DNA of 64,000 nt from Octopus vulgaris (GCA_951406725.2 OX597815.1:110546001-110610000); one strand, 5' to 3'; positions 1-14,973 are shown, counted from the first letter of the stretch. Made by a program: numbers and translations. Notes: generated by a model not told the origin, from the letters alone.

Positions 1-98
1 ATATATATATATATACACATTTATATGTATGTATATGTATAGATATACATATATGTGTGTGTGTATATACATATTTATCTATATCTATCTATCTCCTT

Positions 99-169
<71 letters not shown>

Positions 170-173
<4 letters not shown>

Positions 174-481
174 CGCAATTGATCTTGACAATAACCTAAA
201 TGTGGGTGATGGGTATCGATCTTAGAGTAAATATTTATATTATTAACATTAATATAATATTCTAGGCGTACAGGTAATTTATATTTATATATATAAATAT
301 ATATATGTATGTATGTATGTATATATATATATGTATATATATATATATGTATGTATGTATGTATATATATACATATATATATATATATCTGGAGAGAGAG
401 AGAGATTGGAGAGAGAGGGAGATAGATAGATATAGATAAATATGTATACACACACACACACACACATGTATGTATATACAC

Positions 482-525
<44 letters not shown>

Positions 526-835
526 GTGTATATACATACATGTGTGTGTGTGTGTGTGTATACATATTTATCTATATCTATCTATCTCCCTCTCTCTCCT
601 CTCTCTCTCTCTCTCTCCAGATATATATATATATGTATATATATACATACATACATACATATATATATATACATATATATATATACATACATACATACAT
701 ATATATATTTATATATATAAATATAAATTACCTGTACGCCTAGAATATTATATTAATGTTAATAATATAAATATTTACTCTAAGATCGATACCCATCACC
801 CACATTTAGGTTATTGTCAAGATCAATTGCGTCAT
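170..835. repeat. Long spacerless palindrome (inverted duplication) centred on (TA)n at ~503
   Basis: 171-290 is the exact reverse complement of ~715-834; the same ORF peptides appear on both strands. Confidence 0.95.
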
Positions 836-1021
836 GTTTGATTATCATTTGGTGACAAATTTGTTAAACGGAATATAGTGAGTCAGCAACTTAGATTTGT
901 TCACAGTTAGAATTAAGATAAGTGCTCTCTCTCTCTCTCTCTCTCTCATTCTTTCTCTCCCTCTCTGTATGTCTGCTTGTCTGTCACTCTCACAGGTGTA
1001 TACAGTCATGCATGCATATGT

Positions 1022-1063
<42 letters not shown>

Positions 1064-1119
1064 TTATGTATGCATGCGTGTGTGTGTGTGTTTATAAAGT
1101 GAAGAGACATAAGAAGGGA

Positions 1120-1159
<40 letters not shown>

Positions 1160-1420
1160 CCACCTGACTTCCGTAGAATTACGGCCGTTTCACAACAAGT
1201 CTTCAGTATAGAAGAAATTACGCGTACAAAGTTGGCATTAAAATGTACATTCAGCATTATAGATTACAATTGCTTCTCCACAAATCATTGCAAAACTCGT
1301 TGAATTGTTGGTGTAACCAGATCCAATGATGGTGATGATAGAGCTTTTTTTAATATATAAAAGATTATATTTTTCAATTTTGGCCGAGGGCCAAATTCAT
1401 TATAGCCAAATATCAAATGT

Positions 1421-1627
1421 TTACTCTTTTACTCTTTTACTTGTTTCAGTCATTTGACTGCGGCCATGCTGGAGCACCGCCTTTGGTCGAGCAAATCGAC
1501 CCCGGTACTTATTCTATCAGTCTCTTTTGCCGAACCGCTAAGTGACGGGGACGTAAACACACCAGCATCGGTTGTCAAGCAATGCTAGGGGGACAAACAC
1601 ACACACATACACACACATACACACAAT

Positions 1628-1688
<61 letters not shown>

Positions 1689-1829
1689 CACGACAGGCTT
1701 CCACTCACAAGGCATTGGTCGGCCCGGGGCTATAGCAGAAGACACTTGCCCAAGATGCCACGCAGTGGGACTGAACCCGGAACCATGTGGCTGGTTAGCA
1801 AGCTACTTCACCCAGCCACTCCTGCGCCT
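1421..1829 (-). mobile_element. tRNA-derived SINE family A with internal microsatellite
   Basis: Minus-strand head ggcgcaggagtggctg..ggttccgggttcagtcccactgcgtggcatcttgggcaagtg (A/B box-like), internal (CA)n(TA)n, tail (aaaagagt)n; homologous copies elsewhere in the window. Confidence 0.85.
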
Positions 1830-2024
1830 CAACATGTTTGCTCTTAACCTTTACTTTTTTTTCTTAAAATTAAAGTTTTCTCAAGTGACTTTTCTAAAAG
1901 TATCTCGTGTCATACTTGCCGTTTCTTTTTTTTCTCTATAATAGTTCATTATGAAGACAGATAGTATGCTACACTAACCAAAATGTATTGTTATAGAAAT
2001 AAGCGAAGGGGTACTTTTTGAAAA

Positions 2025-2128
2025 GTCAACTGAGGAGATGCATTTGCACCTATAATGTACGACAATTGATTGTACAGCATCTCACCTCTAAGGTACGAGT
2101 CCACGATGAGTCGAAACGATTGTAGTGG
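2025..2128 (+). ncRNA. Partly decayed type I hammerhead motif
   Basis: CUGAGGA (2030-2036), stem II GAUGCAU/AUGAGUC, GAAA-CGAUUG-UA; same architecture as 51300-51390; weak stem I. Confidence 0.5.
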
Positions 2129-2277
2129 GTCTGAAAGAAGAGTCTCATGAATTTCATCTTCTGTCTCGCCTAGTACATCTATATGTGTGTATGTATATAT
2201 ATATATATATGTGTATATATATATGTGTGTATATATATGTGTGTATATATATATATATATATGTGTGTGTATATATA

Positions 2278-2309
<32 letters not shown>

Positions 2310-2666
2310 CTAGCAGTAACGCCCGGCGTTGCTCGGGTTTGTAAAGGAAATAACTATAAAGCATTTTTAGTGAGTTATAGCCAAAAAATAGCAAAAAAAT
2401 GGGGGAAAAATGATGGTAATTTTTTTTTTTGAGAGTTAAAAAGGTCGAGTTGCGTCCCCTAGACCATCTGTGGTTTGTGTTTCTGATTCTCGACCCCATG
2501 TCGAATTTATCGATTTTTTTCAGAACTGGGGGAACTTTTCAAAATTTTCGCTGCGTTAGTTTTGAATTATGACATTGGGCTATGTGTGTGTCAAGTTTCA
2601 TCAGAATCGGTTGAAAGCCGTGGTCAGGGTGAGGTGACACACAGAAACACACACAGACAAACTGCC

Positions 2667-2685
<19 letters not shown>
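2310..2685 (-). mobile_element. Non-autonomous Helitron
   Basis: CTAG at 2310-2313, hairpin cccggcgttgctcggg; the 3' ~130 bp match 7985-8112; 5' end lost in (TA)n. Confidence 0.8.
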
Positions 2686-2717
<32 letters not shown>

Positions 2718-3626
2718 TACATGCATGTATGGGAGAATTTGTTTTGGGGTCTGAAACATGTATTTACATGTATGTGAATAAATCTGTTTAAAAACTACAC
2801 GTTTTTCAAATTCAGGTGCATTTTCAAACTCCAAAACAAATTCTCCAATATTTTTTCCTGCATGGGAATACACCTCTTCTTTTCATATATATATATATAT
2901 CTGACAGTAAGCAGTTAATTTTGTGCAATATTCATTATGATCCAGTACCTAAGAGAATACATTTTTCTTGCACGTCAATGAATCCTGATCTTCCTTTTAA
3001 AAACATTACCGAATATAACATTTATCTTCAATATTTGTACCTCAGTACGTAGTATTGTTAAGAATTTTATTAAGGACGATTAGTTCGCCTCATGTTTGGT
3101 TCTAGTTCTTCGTTGTGTTCAAGTGAATGAAGGAGCTAGTATGGTCTACCTGCCAGAATTTACATAAAAAATCATTGAAATCACAAACCATAGTCTTACA
3201 ATGAGGAAAGATATATATTGGTTAGTTTAGTTCTATATAAACTATATCTGAAAGTATATAAAGACGGGGTGATGACTATGCAACAACACCTGTGATTATA
3301 AGCATGTTATTCTGTCTCAGGTCAGTTGTAACCAAACATTCCATTATTAAATACATTATCAGGCATTATCTTTCTACGACTACACTCTCAAATGTATCTC
3401 TCCCGTTTTAAGAACGGTATATTCCCATTTAGTTACTATATCTGGCGAGAAAGCGTATAGGAGCTGTCTCATTCGCTCGGGAATAATTATTTTATTCACT
3501 ATGAAGAATATACTGCTTTTGTATCTCAAACTCCAAGGGAATAGAAATGCATAATCGACATGAGAGAAAAGGGAAGAAAAAAAAAGATATGGCACTAAGC
3601 TATTTCTTTTTCTAGCGCGGATTATT

Positions 3627-3701
<75 letters not shown>

Positions 3702-4478
3702 CTCTCTCTTTCTCTCTTCCTCCCTCTCATCTGAAGTCACCACCCACTTCTGTTAACTCATCATGTAACTGTATTTCCACCTTCTGTCGCGTCAAATGTA
3801 CACCGTATCAACTGTTCATATTTTTTTTTTATATATAAAAAGCATTAAACCGCACATCCTTCCTCTCTCCTCCCACTGTTCCAAGATTTAATCACAGATT
3901 ACAGTGTGGTCTTCCACTAAAACCAAAACCGGACCAACGTGCTTGTCTAATGCACAAATCTTGATAACATTTGAAGTGAGGCAAGCTTGAATTATGGATG
4001 AATTATGTATATTCACAGTTAAAATTTCACATTTCTTACACCCACTTTAAAGGGAATTAATGTCCCCTAAATTAAACAAACAATTAATCGAACAATATCA
4101 AAACAAAACATTTACTTCATTCTCCTCTTTTTTCTCTTCCTTTCCCCTTTCTATCTTTTGCTTCTTTTCTTCTTCACAAATATTTTATCTTAATTCCATC
4201 TCCCACTCAGCCTCTCTCTCTACTTTGTTATTGTTTTACATGTCTGCCCTCAACATCATTTATCACACACCATCTTTTTTCATAAGCAATTTTCTATCAG
4301 CTCTTCGCTCTGTCAGACTCTCTCCTCCTTTTTCTATTCTCTCTTTCTTCCTTTAATCGTTCTTTTCTTTCTCTATATTCCATTTTTCATTCCGTTCTTT
4401 CTTTCTCCCCGAGTTTCTGAATTCTTCCCTTCTTTTCATTCTTATTCGTTTTTTGCCTTGTTCAATTCTTTCTTTCTC

Positions 4479-4542
<64 letters not shown>

Positions 4543-5344
4543 TTTGTCTTTGCTTCTCTCTTGTTTCCATGTTTGTTTTCTCCATTACATCCAATATATT
4601 TTCCTATGTATACAGTTCTATCTTCTGGTTCTAATATTTTATATATGGTTCTCAATTTCTCTCTTTCACTTTTCCTAATTTCCTGCCCCCTTTACTCACC
4701 GTCTTTCTTCCCGAGTTTCTCTCCCTCCTCTCTCTCTCTCTCTCTCTCCATACTGTGTATCATCTGCTTCTGTTTCCTAACATCTTTATCATAGCTTCAA
4801 ACTCCAACCATCTCTTTCACTATTTCTTGATCCTTCCCTTCACCTCGTTTCCCTCCTCTCCCTCCTTATCCTTCATGAAGTTACATAGATCTGTTTTTGG
4901 TCAACAAGAATTTGTTACTATTGCAATTTTCTTTTTGACGTTTATCCCTGATTTTAAATCTCTCAACTGAGCATGACGCTGGTCTATATCAAATAATGTT
5001 GGTGTTTGCTTATTCATTTTTACTCTATAAGAAATTGAACTCATCATCGCAAGCTTCGTGTGTTAATCGGTAATTTTGCAGTGCTGCTCTTGCCTACTGT
5101 GGCAAATTGTGTATAACCACTAGTGGCGTTTACTTTGAGTTTGCTGAGCTAACGAGGAGCTTCTACGTGATCGCATGGCTGACTTGAAATATCAGTCAAT
5201 TTTCCCTCAATGAATTTCTGATTATCATAAAATCATCACTAATAGTTTGTAGTCTTAGATAGATTATGCTTAAGAAAAAGACATGGTTATGGACGGATTA
5301 TACAGTCAGATTTGACCCGATACTAAATAATCATTTCTGTTAAA

Positions 5345-5532
5345 AGCTCAAGGCCTGAAATATTGGGGGAGGGGACTAGTTGATTATATCGATCCCAGTG
5401 TTTTACTGTGACATAATTTATCGACTTCGAAAGGATGAAAGGAACTTCAGAGAAATTTGAACTCAGAACATAAAGACAGACGAAATACGGCTTAGTATTT
5501 CGCCAGGCGTGCTAACGATTCTACCAGCTGCT
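5345..5532 (-). mobile_element. SINE family B
   Basis: atcgacttcgaaaggatgaaagg..aatttgaactcagaac..gccaggcgtgctaacgattctaccagct. Confidence 0.75.
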
Positions 5533-5769
5533 CACAATCCTGATATTAAATAATAACAACAACAGCAAATCAGAGTTTAGTAAACCAATGATGGAACCTT
5601 TATCTGACCTCTGAAAATGAAAATAGCAACTAAGTTACCTCAAATTACACAATATCGTCTTTAAGAAAAGGCTGGACACGTGACACAATGTAGGTGCAAA
5701 TAATAAAACAAGAAATTATGAGATGATTACAGCTGGAACACTGTTGATCGAAGGTTTTCTAAATTGGGG

Positions 5770-5900
5770 AGAAGGCACGGAGCCAAATGGTTTAAGCAAG
5801 ATCATAAGATCGTAGTTTGATTCTAAGTCAGAGAGGCATGTTGTGTGCTTGGGCAAGGAACTTTATCTCACGTTGCTCCAGTTCAAATAGCTGGCAAAAT
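5770..5900 (+). mobile_element. Old SINE family C head fragment
   Basis: gaaggcacggagccaaatggttt..tgttgtgtgcttgggcaaggaactttatctcacgttgctccagttca. Confidence 0.55.
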
Positions 5901-6195
5901 GGTGTATTAAGACTGATGAGGAGCTCAGACTGGATTAACATGGTGCTGACCATAATCTTCAGCTATGACGTGGGTTACAGCCAGCAGTGGACTGGTGTGT
6001 TGCTATCTTTACATTTCATCTTCCCGATTAGAGCAGAATTGGAACTAAACAAACAACTTACTTTCATTTCATCATCTTTTGAAACCCGACACATCTCCCA
6101 GAGCAGTCTTAAGGCATGGGCGCATTGGGGAGTTACACGGGAACTTCACGGCCAGATAAATATATATATGCTGTGGCATGTTATCAAGAAATAAA

Positions 6196-6580
6196 TATTA
6201 TAGGACCCAGTGTATTGGTTATTATAGGGCCCAAAGCATAAGTTATTATAGGGTCCAGCGCATTGGTTATAATAGGGCTTAATACATTGGTTATTATAAA
6301 GCCCAATGCATTGGTTATTATAGGGCCCCGTACAGTGGTTATTATAGAACTCAATGCATTGGTTATTATAGGGCATAATGCATTGGTTATTATAGGGCTC
6401 AATACATTGGTTATTATAGGGCATAGTGCATTGGTTATTATAGGGCCCAGTGCATTGGTTATTTAGATCCCAATGCATTAATTATTATAGGGCTCGATGC
6501 ATTGGTTATTACAGGGTCCAGTGCCTTGGTTATTATAGGACCCAATGCATTGGTTATTATAGGGCCTAGTGCACTGGTTA
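6196..6580. repeat. 24-bp minisatellite, ~16 copies, consensus GCATTGGTTATTATAGGGCCCAAT
   Basis: Direct tandem periodicity visible; contains palindromes CCAATGCATTGG and GGGCCC. Confidence 0.92.
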
Positions 6581-6840
6581 GCTCTTAAGACAGTTTTGCG
6601 TCTCCCCATTTCATCGCCTTGGCATGACATTGATTCTACTATTTAATCCATTTGTATTATTTTGTCAATGTAGGACCTCGTCATGTGTTTTGCATATGAG
6701 TCTTTCACTATAGAACTTGAGAATTAAGAGTCTCGAGTACAAATATACCGTTTGGATGCTCACTGCCCTAGGTGGTCGGGTCCTGTACAAGTCACTAGCT
6801 GCTTTAGCGTATGCTCGTTCACACCACTCTCTCCTTCCTT

Positions 6841-7112
<272 letters not shown>

Positions 7113-7407
7113 TTTCTCCACATTCCCCCACGTTCTCTTTTGCATGAACGTATCTGTAATTTGTATTCCATTTGTTCCTTGTTCGTCAATGACAAGGTCG
7201 AAGGACCGTCCAAAACCTATTCGTCTTGTAATAGAAACCTTGCTTGCAATTCCTAAAATACGATAAAAATTTCAACTTCTCCTATAACTCACAAACCTCT
7301 CGTTTTATGAAATTTAGAGATTTATAGTTTTCTTTTGGCAATTTCCGCGGTTTCTGTTTTCGTTTCTTCAATTTACATACAGGCGCATACAAACGTACAC
7401 ACACACA

Positions 7408-7448
<41 letters not shown>

Positions 7449-7768
7449 ACACACACTCACACATACACACACACACACACATACATACATACCCACAAAC
7501 ACACACACATACAAACAGACATACACATACGTACCGGCATGCGTACATACATATATACATAGGTACATACATTTGTATACGCACGCACACACACATATAC
7601 ATGTATGTGTGTGTGTGTGTAGATTTTGTTTATATAAACATGTTGAACTGAAACATTCACTGAACCACAGAGCGTATTTTTACATAGCTGCATGATATGC
7701 TAGAAACAGTAGCTAAATAACATGCAGATCATAACGTACTATTTGATAATGCTGTCATGAACATTATA

Positions 7769-8112
7769 TCTTTATATATAAAAGTCAAGTTGTGTGTCTG
7801 TCTCCTACGATTTAGATTCCTAACTACTCCCACATTTTGCGGTGCAGTTTAACCAAAACCGGGTATCTTATAGTCGTGATTCATATCGAGCCCTTCTGGG
7901 TATTTTCCATTTTAATGCATTTTTTCGCTATTATATAAGGGAAGTAACTCTCTAAAAATGTCTACGATGAGTCAACGATTTAAAAAAAATTTACCATCAT
8001 TTTTTTCCCATTTTTAATGCATTTTTTAGCTATTTTTTGGCTATAACTCTCTAAAAATGCTTATATAGTTATTGCCCTTACAAACCCGAGCAACGCCGGG
8101 CGATACTGCTAG
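7769..8112 (+). mobile_element. Non-autonomous Helitron
   Basis: 5' TC (a|tctttatatataaaag), 3' hairpin cccgagcaacgccggg then CTAG|t; A^T insertion site with no TSD. Confidence 0.85.
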
Positions 8113-8827
8113 TCTCTTATAAAATGGTATGATCGTGCCAAGAATGCATTTGCTCGAAGGCCTGAGCAATCAGCGCTGACCCGAGACAACTCAACAACCA
8201 CAAATATATTTGTGTGTTCTTTTTTTTTTCTTCTGATAAGCAGAAACCGGAATAACAAATCTTCAGATCGAAACACCAAGTAAACGAAAAATAATTCCTT
8301 TTATTTTGTTTTTAATGGCAGTAACAGGACTTCTGTTTCTCCTAATCTATTTAACTTTGTTTTTATCTCTTGTTGATCATTTTTGATAGTTTAATCACCC
8401 TGAATGCCTATTTGAAGATCCCTCTGGGTATATGGAAAAAGAAAGGGTTCATTTTGCTACTTACGATCCACTTTCAGTGGAATTTAAGTCAACCTTTCAA
8501 GCATAGGAAGCGCCCATTAATCATTCAGAGTTCTGGCTTTTTACAACGATAAGCTAAACCATCTCATGGTGCTCTTTGAAAGATAGAAAAATGTACTATG
8601 AAAATCTACATTTGTGGCACGGATTCTGTTAATCGCCGGCTGTAAGATAGGAGCCGATAATCCTACAGCTGGTAATACCATATCTGATTCTGCTGGTTAG
8701 GAATTATTTTTTTTTAAAGAAATATAATTTGTTACTTTACTTCATTAAAGTTTAAAGCAATTTGGTTCATGACCTCTGCGACACTGATTATTTATGCTTA
8801 TTCTACATCTAACGGATAATTTTTAGA

Positions 8828-9185
8828 TATAGGCTTGGCTATGTAAACACTTAGTTTGCAACCACCTAATTTCGGGTTCGGCCCTGCTGTCCGGCACCTT
8901 GGTCAAGCGTCTTCTACTATAACTCCGTGCCAACCAGTACTTTTTGAGCGAATTTGGCTAGCGAAATGTGTCTGTGTGTGTGTGTGTGTGTACGCGCGCA
9001 TGAATTTATGTTTTACAAGTGGTACTTATTTCTTTATATTCCCATAACTTAGCAGTTCGACAAATGGATTGACCGGCAAAAGAATCAAATGTATATATAT
9101 AGTGAGGTCGATGGGAAACGCTAAACCCTTGAAGGCGCTGCCATAGCAAGGCTGCAGTCAAATGACAAAAACAAGTAAGAGAATA
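8828..9185 (+). mobile_element. SINE family A, diverged
   Basis: ttcgggttcggccctgctgtccggcaccttggtcaagcgtcttctactata..gctgcagtcaaatgacaaaaacaagtaaga. Confidence 0.65.
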
Positions 9186-9277
9186 CCAATTAAGTAAACG
9201 AACTAGACTGGATTTTAATGAATACTTACTAATGTACTTCTTGGAGAATATCGTGGCAATTAACATTCATAATAAAG

Positions 9278-9278
9278 A

Positions 9279-9348
<70 letters not shown>

Positions 9349-9450
9349 GGATGGATGGATGGATGGATGGATGGATGAATGCATGCATGGATAGATAGAT
9401 AGACAGATGGACGGTTGGACGGTTGGACGGATGGCTGGATAGATAGATAA

Positions 9451-9484
<34 letters not shown>

Positions 9485-9626
9485 GGACGGACGGATGTGG
9501 ATGCATGGATGCATGGATGCATGGATAGATGCATAGATGAATGGACGGACGGGTGGATGGATGCATGGATAGAAATATAGATAGATGGATGGATGAATGG
9601 ATAGACAGAGAGACAGATAAACAGAA

Positions 9627-9685
<59 letters not shown>

Positions 9686-9707
9686 GAGAGAGAAAGAGAG
9701 AGAGAGA
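9278..9707. repeat. Compound (GATA/GGAT/GACA/GA)n microsatellite
   Basis: Direct inspection. Confidence 0.95.
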
Positions 9708-10127
9708 TGTGAAAAGAAATGGAGAGAAACAAAAGAGAGGCTTTGTGAAGGAAACTGGTATTTTAATACATATAACTAATATAAAAACGAAAATAACCCT
9801 TCAACTGAGATAGTTATCAGTCTATGGAATCCGTTTCTTGCAATGTACCATTTTTTTGTATGGTTCTTATGATAATTACCAGAAAATATGACGATTGTTT
9901 CCATATACCTTATAACCAGACAGTATTGAAACAAATTGACACTGCACTTTCAAATGAGGTTTACTGTTAATCTGTAATCAATCTTTTTATAAACTATCTT
10001 CAGACGAAATATCGGTCAAACGAAATATCGGTCAAATAAGATTAAGCGAATGTATAAAATATATATTAAAGATTTCTTTTATAAACATACACACACAAAT
10101 TCAAATACACATGCACACGCTAACACA

Positions 10128-10184
<57 letters not shown>

Positions 10185-10723
10185 TCACAGATAGACAGCT
10201 AAGTATACATATAGAGATAGACAAGCAAACACTTAGCCAGAACTTCAGACATAGGTGCTTGCGTGACCTATATGTTTGTCTGTGTGTAGCCGGGAAGTTA
10301 GATTAAACAGAAAATTTCAGATTCAGATATTTTGCAAACGGTTCGACATTGTTTAGTGAACAAGTGTAACATCCTCCAAATAGTAAATCTTCCTTTCAAT
10401 AGGTATAATATACGCCCTTCATTTATTTTCCTTTTGAAATGAGAGTGATATTCGACTATATGGAATAGCTTACCCCAGAAAGTAAATCAAAACACAGCAT
10501 AGCTAGATTGCCCCTTCTCAACATGAGGGGTTAACTGCTGCTAATTCTAAAGGATCCCTTTATTTCATTGGGCTTTTCTGTCCACTTCGAGATCAACCGC
10601 GTAAGTCAGCAATCGTACTGTACTGTAGGCAACTATAAGACCCAAGGGCAAGTACATCAGGGGAATATTACACATACGCATAAATCAATATAAGATAGGA
10701 TCTCATTGTGTAATATAACGGTA

Positions 10724-10890
10724 GCAGCGAGCTGGCAGAACCGTTAGCACGCCAGGCGAAATGCAACGTAGAATTTAATGTGTATTTACGTTCTGAGTTC
10801 AAATTCCGCCGGTGTCAACTTTGCCTTTCGTGGATCGGTTTAATTGACTAGCCCCTCCTGCTAGCTTTGTGCCAAAATTTGAAACCAATA
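10724..10890 (+). mobile_element. SINE family B (internally deleted)
   Basis: gcgagctggcagaaccgttagcacgccaggcgaaatg..gttctgagttcaaattccgcc. Confidence 0.75.
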
Positions 10891-11689
10891 TTTGTAATAA
10901 AGCGAAATGAAAGCATCTACTTCTGATGTTAACTATGAATTTTGCATAAAATTGCGTTGATAACTTCAGTGTTTGAAGTGTTTAAAATCTAAAAACAACT
11001 TCAATATGATTATGCGATCAAAATATTTTGAATAAAATAAGTCGGATGTAGATTTTTCTTTCAAACTTCAGTCAGTTAATCTTATTTGAGGAAGTTTTTG
11101 TTGACTAATTGCTTGAATATTCACAGTTATTCGGGGTTTTATCTCCTCACTACATAACACAAGTAAGACTATGCCGTATGTGTAACCAAACATATTAACA
11201 CATGATCGAAGGAAAACGCTCGATATTCTGTGAAGTATAATTAACTAACACAAACCTATTACTTCAGTAGTATTTCGTTTATCAACCTCGGAAGTTATTA
11301 AACAGCAAAGTCGACCTCAGCAGAATATGAACTCTGTCCGCAAAGAGACTTGAGTAACTAAATCCCATATGTCATTACTTTATTATTCCACAAGTCATGA
11401 AGAAATTTGGGGAACGGTAAAATATCAGATACATATTCGGTGGAGACAACTGAAACAGTTCCTAGAAAATATATCTAATATTAAAGAAGAAAAGAACACC
11501 TGTACCTATAACTAAAAAGTGTTTCATGAGAAATGTTTTCATTTAGTGAAGTTTGGTCAGATGTGGTAAAATTGTAAAACTACCTGCCCCGTGTATGAAA
11601 TATTGCTATTTTCTTTAAAGCGTCGCAAATGAGAGATGTAATCTGCATCAAAGAAAAATATGCAAATAAACTGAAATATGATAATTTTT

Positions 11690-12092
11690 TCTACTATAGG
11701 CACAAAGCCCGAAATTTTGTTGAAAAGGTGTAGTAGATTACATTGACCCCAGTACTTTACAGGTACTTATTTCATCGATCTCGAAGGGATAAAAGGCAAA
11801 GCTGACGTCGACGAAAATAGGATTCATAATATTAAGACTGACGAAATGCCACTAAGCATTTTGTTCGCCGCCGCCTTCAACTGAAATAAAATGATTTCAA
11901 ATTTTGGCACAAGGCTAACAATTTCGAGGGAGAGTGTAAATCGATTATATCGACACTAGTGCTCAACTGGTACTTATCGACTCCGAAAGTCAAAGTCGAC
12001 CTCGGCAGAATTTGAACTCTGAACGTAAAACGGACGAAATGCCGCTATGCATTTCCCCCGGTCTGCTAACGATTTTTCCAGTTCACCACCTT
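11690..12092 (-). mobile_element. Two adjacent SINE family B copies (11690-11877, 11893-12092)
   Basis: Both carry ggcacaa..gaccccagt/gacactagt..gtacttat..gaaag..gtcgac..gacgaaatgcc. Confidence 0.75.
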
Positions 12093-14512
12093 AAAGTGAT
12101 ATGCAATAATAGAAAGTGTTTAAAATAGTAGGAATATTAACAAAAACTGTTAGAAGAAGTGTTGATATAGGAGTTCGTCTGATAGATTTTGATAGATTTA
12201 AATGGTGGAAAGGGAAAAATAATTTCTTGCCCAGATTAAAAGGGAAATGAGATCAAGGGTTTCCAGAACACTAGTTGTTTGTTCATTCTGAAACTTCGAG
12301 ATAACGTCAGCAAGTTCATGAAAAATGCGATAATTTGCGAGCTGATACTATTGCGGTTGACAGAAAAAAAATCAGATACGTCTGATATGGAACCGATGAA
12401 AATAATGATGTATAATGGAGAAGATTAAAGAGGGTAGTTCTTGAAAAATATCGAGACAACGAATTATAAAGTAATGTAAATACAAATGTAATATTAATTT
12501 CAGACTATGGTGCAAGGCTCCGAATTTAGAAAAACGTATTGTCGATTTATTAGACCTCAGTATTTGACTGGTATCTCTTATCAATTGAGGAGTGAAACGA
12601 AGTTCGGCAATTCACGCTGGAATAATATTGTCCCTTGATTTCTAACATTGGAAAAAAGTTACGAATTCGCGGTAAATGGGTATTATTGGTTGCAGTTAAC
12701 CGGGTATATTAGTGGTATTTGTGATATCGAACCTCAAAGAAATGAAAAATAATACAGAACATAGGAGGTCCAATCCGAATATTGTAAGGCAATTTTTCTA
12801 GCTACATCCCATTTCCGCTACTCTATGACTTTGCGGGAAATATAAATACCGAAATATTTACTAGCAACAAACAAACTGGAAACAGTTTACATTTCAGGCA
12901 TTATGATTATACAAGTGCTTTAATGAATTAACTTAAAGAGAAAATACGGGAAAATAGAATAAGAATTAAAGATATAAACAATATGTTTATACAGATAAGA
13001 AAGCAATTTTTAGTTTGTTTATGGAATGAATTGTTTGTCGCTACTGTTGACAAGATTGTTTTGTCTTACGCATTTTATTCTGTAATGGTTAATTCGTGGT
13101 ACACAATCTTACTTTCCAGTTTACTAATATCTTAGATTCGATTCCTAAAATTTGTTTAAGGGGAAAACATCTCAAAAAGAGATGCCACGTAGAAGAATAT
13201 AAGAAAAGGCCAAATACTAGGTATAATATTTTCTCTCTATTTCTCGAGTTCAGCCTCTGTTGCTATGAGTTATGTATTACTTTTCTTTGTAGTGGGAAGT
13301 ACCAGATATATAATGGAGTTGTTGATATCGTAGATTGCCATATTTCTCACAAGGCTTCGAGATGGTAGCTTTGTATCATGACCTACCGAATTTGTTACGC
13401 TACATCTTTGACATATAAAACCAAAGTAATAGCCATCGGTTGTTTCTCAGAGCTAATGGCTTCAGTATATTGCTAAACTGTTAAATTTCTATCAGCAGTT
13501 ATCTTCTCTAGGAGAGCAACGAAGATATTATCCACACAAATTATTGTTGCCGTTGGATAAAAACGGTGCCCTTAACGTGACATCCCGTGCTCTTCCCTAC
13601 ATAAAACAATATAAAATGTAATATGCCGCTAACTTTGTTAATTCTTGTGGGTCGAGCAATTATGAAGAGGCTCCATCGTTGGCTATAACAAATGGACTTC
13701 GTGTGCAAACAAAAATATTTTCTTTCCTCTCTTAAAGTATCTACACGAATGCTTTATTTCTAAGTATAAACACATTAACATATTATATATGCCATTTCAT
13801 ATATCTTTCTTACACTACAGAGAAATATCAAAGTCATTATTTATATTATTTATATTATGGTCAATTGTTGATGCAAGAAACTCCACTTCAATCTCTGTTT
13901 CGTTCTGGTATTTAAACAACCATGACAAACGCACGCATACACAAATAATCACATATACATATTAATTATCGCTTTCCTTCTTTCCATGCTTTAAACATAA
14001 GCATTATACCATTAACTTTCTTTCTAATCCCCTTGTCTCTCAGTATTTTAGCCAAAAATCACACTGCATTTCACCTCTTCCACTAGACATGTATGTATAC
14101 ATATACGTATGACGTATATGTATATATACATACAAGTACATACATATACATATATATAAATATGTATGTATATAACTATGGATACGCGCATGTAAAACTA
14201 TTAAAATGTCTCCGGCTGTTAAACGTAGAATGGTTTTTATCTCTTGTGAGTTATATTCTTCAGGGCCATAGTGTCTTCGGATATGTTATCAGTATGACAG
14301 TTGGGGGCTAGATAGCCTTATCTCCCTTACTGCTCGCTCTTCAACAGCTGGAGTTAATTATACCTTATTAGCAACTGTCGTAAACATGTACTTAGGAATT
14401 AGATCGGTACACGCGCAGTGACAGCGATAACAATGGATGTATACGTATGTGTGTATGTGTGTGTAGTATATATATATATAAATGCATATACATATCAATA
14501 TCAATATCCATT

Positions 14513-14551
<39 letters not shown>

Positions 14552-14565
14552 CTACATGTATATAT

Positions 14566-14618
<53 letters not shown>

Positions 14619-14678
14619 AATCTATATGTATACAAGCAGATATATTTGTATATACATATTAGTTATATTATATTATAT

Positions 14679-14749
<71 letters not shown>

Positions 14750-14753
14750 TATG

Positions 14754-14832
14754 CCTGTGAGACCTGCATGACGTGGATGTAGGTGGTTTCAAAACAAAAC
14801 TGGAGCACCTCCTGTCAAGGGTTCTAGATGAG
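14754..14832 (+). mobile_element. CR1-like LINE ORF2 C-terminal fragment
   Basis: L*DLHDVDVGGFKTKLEHLLSRVLDE resembles the FKxxLDxxLxxVPDEP end of CR1-group ORF2. Confidence 0.5.
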
Positions 14833-14925
14833 CTTATTACATATATGTGCGCGTGCGCGTATGAGTGTACGTGAGTGCTTGTATGTGTGTGTATGTATAT
14901 ATGTGCACACACACACATATATATA

Positions 14926-14973
<48 letters not shown>

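Noticed and set aside
6196-6580. CRISPR-like array
   Set aside because: Contiguous 24-bp units with no unique spacers, no cas genes, eukaryotic context.
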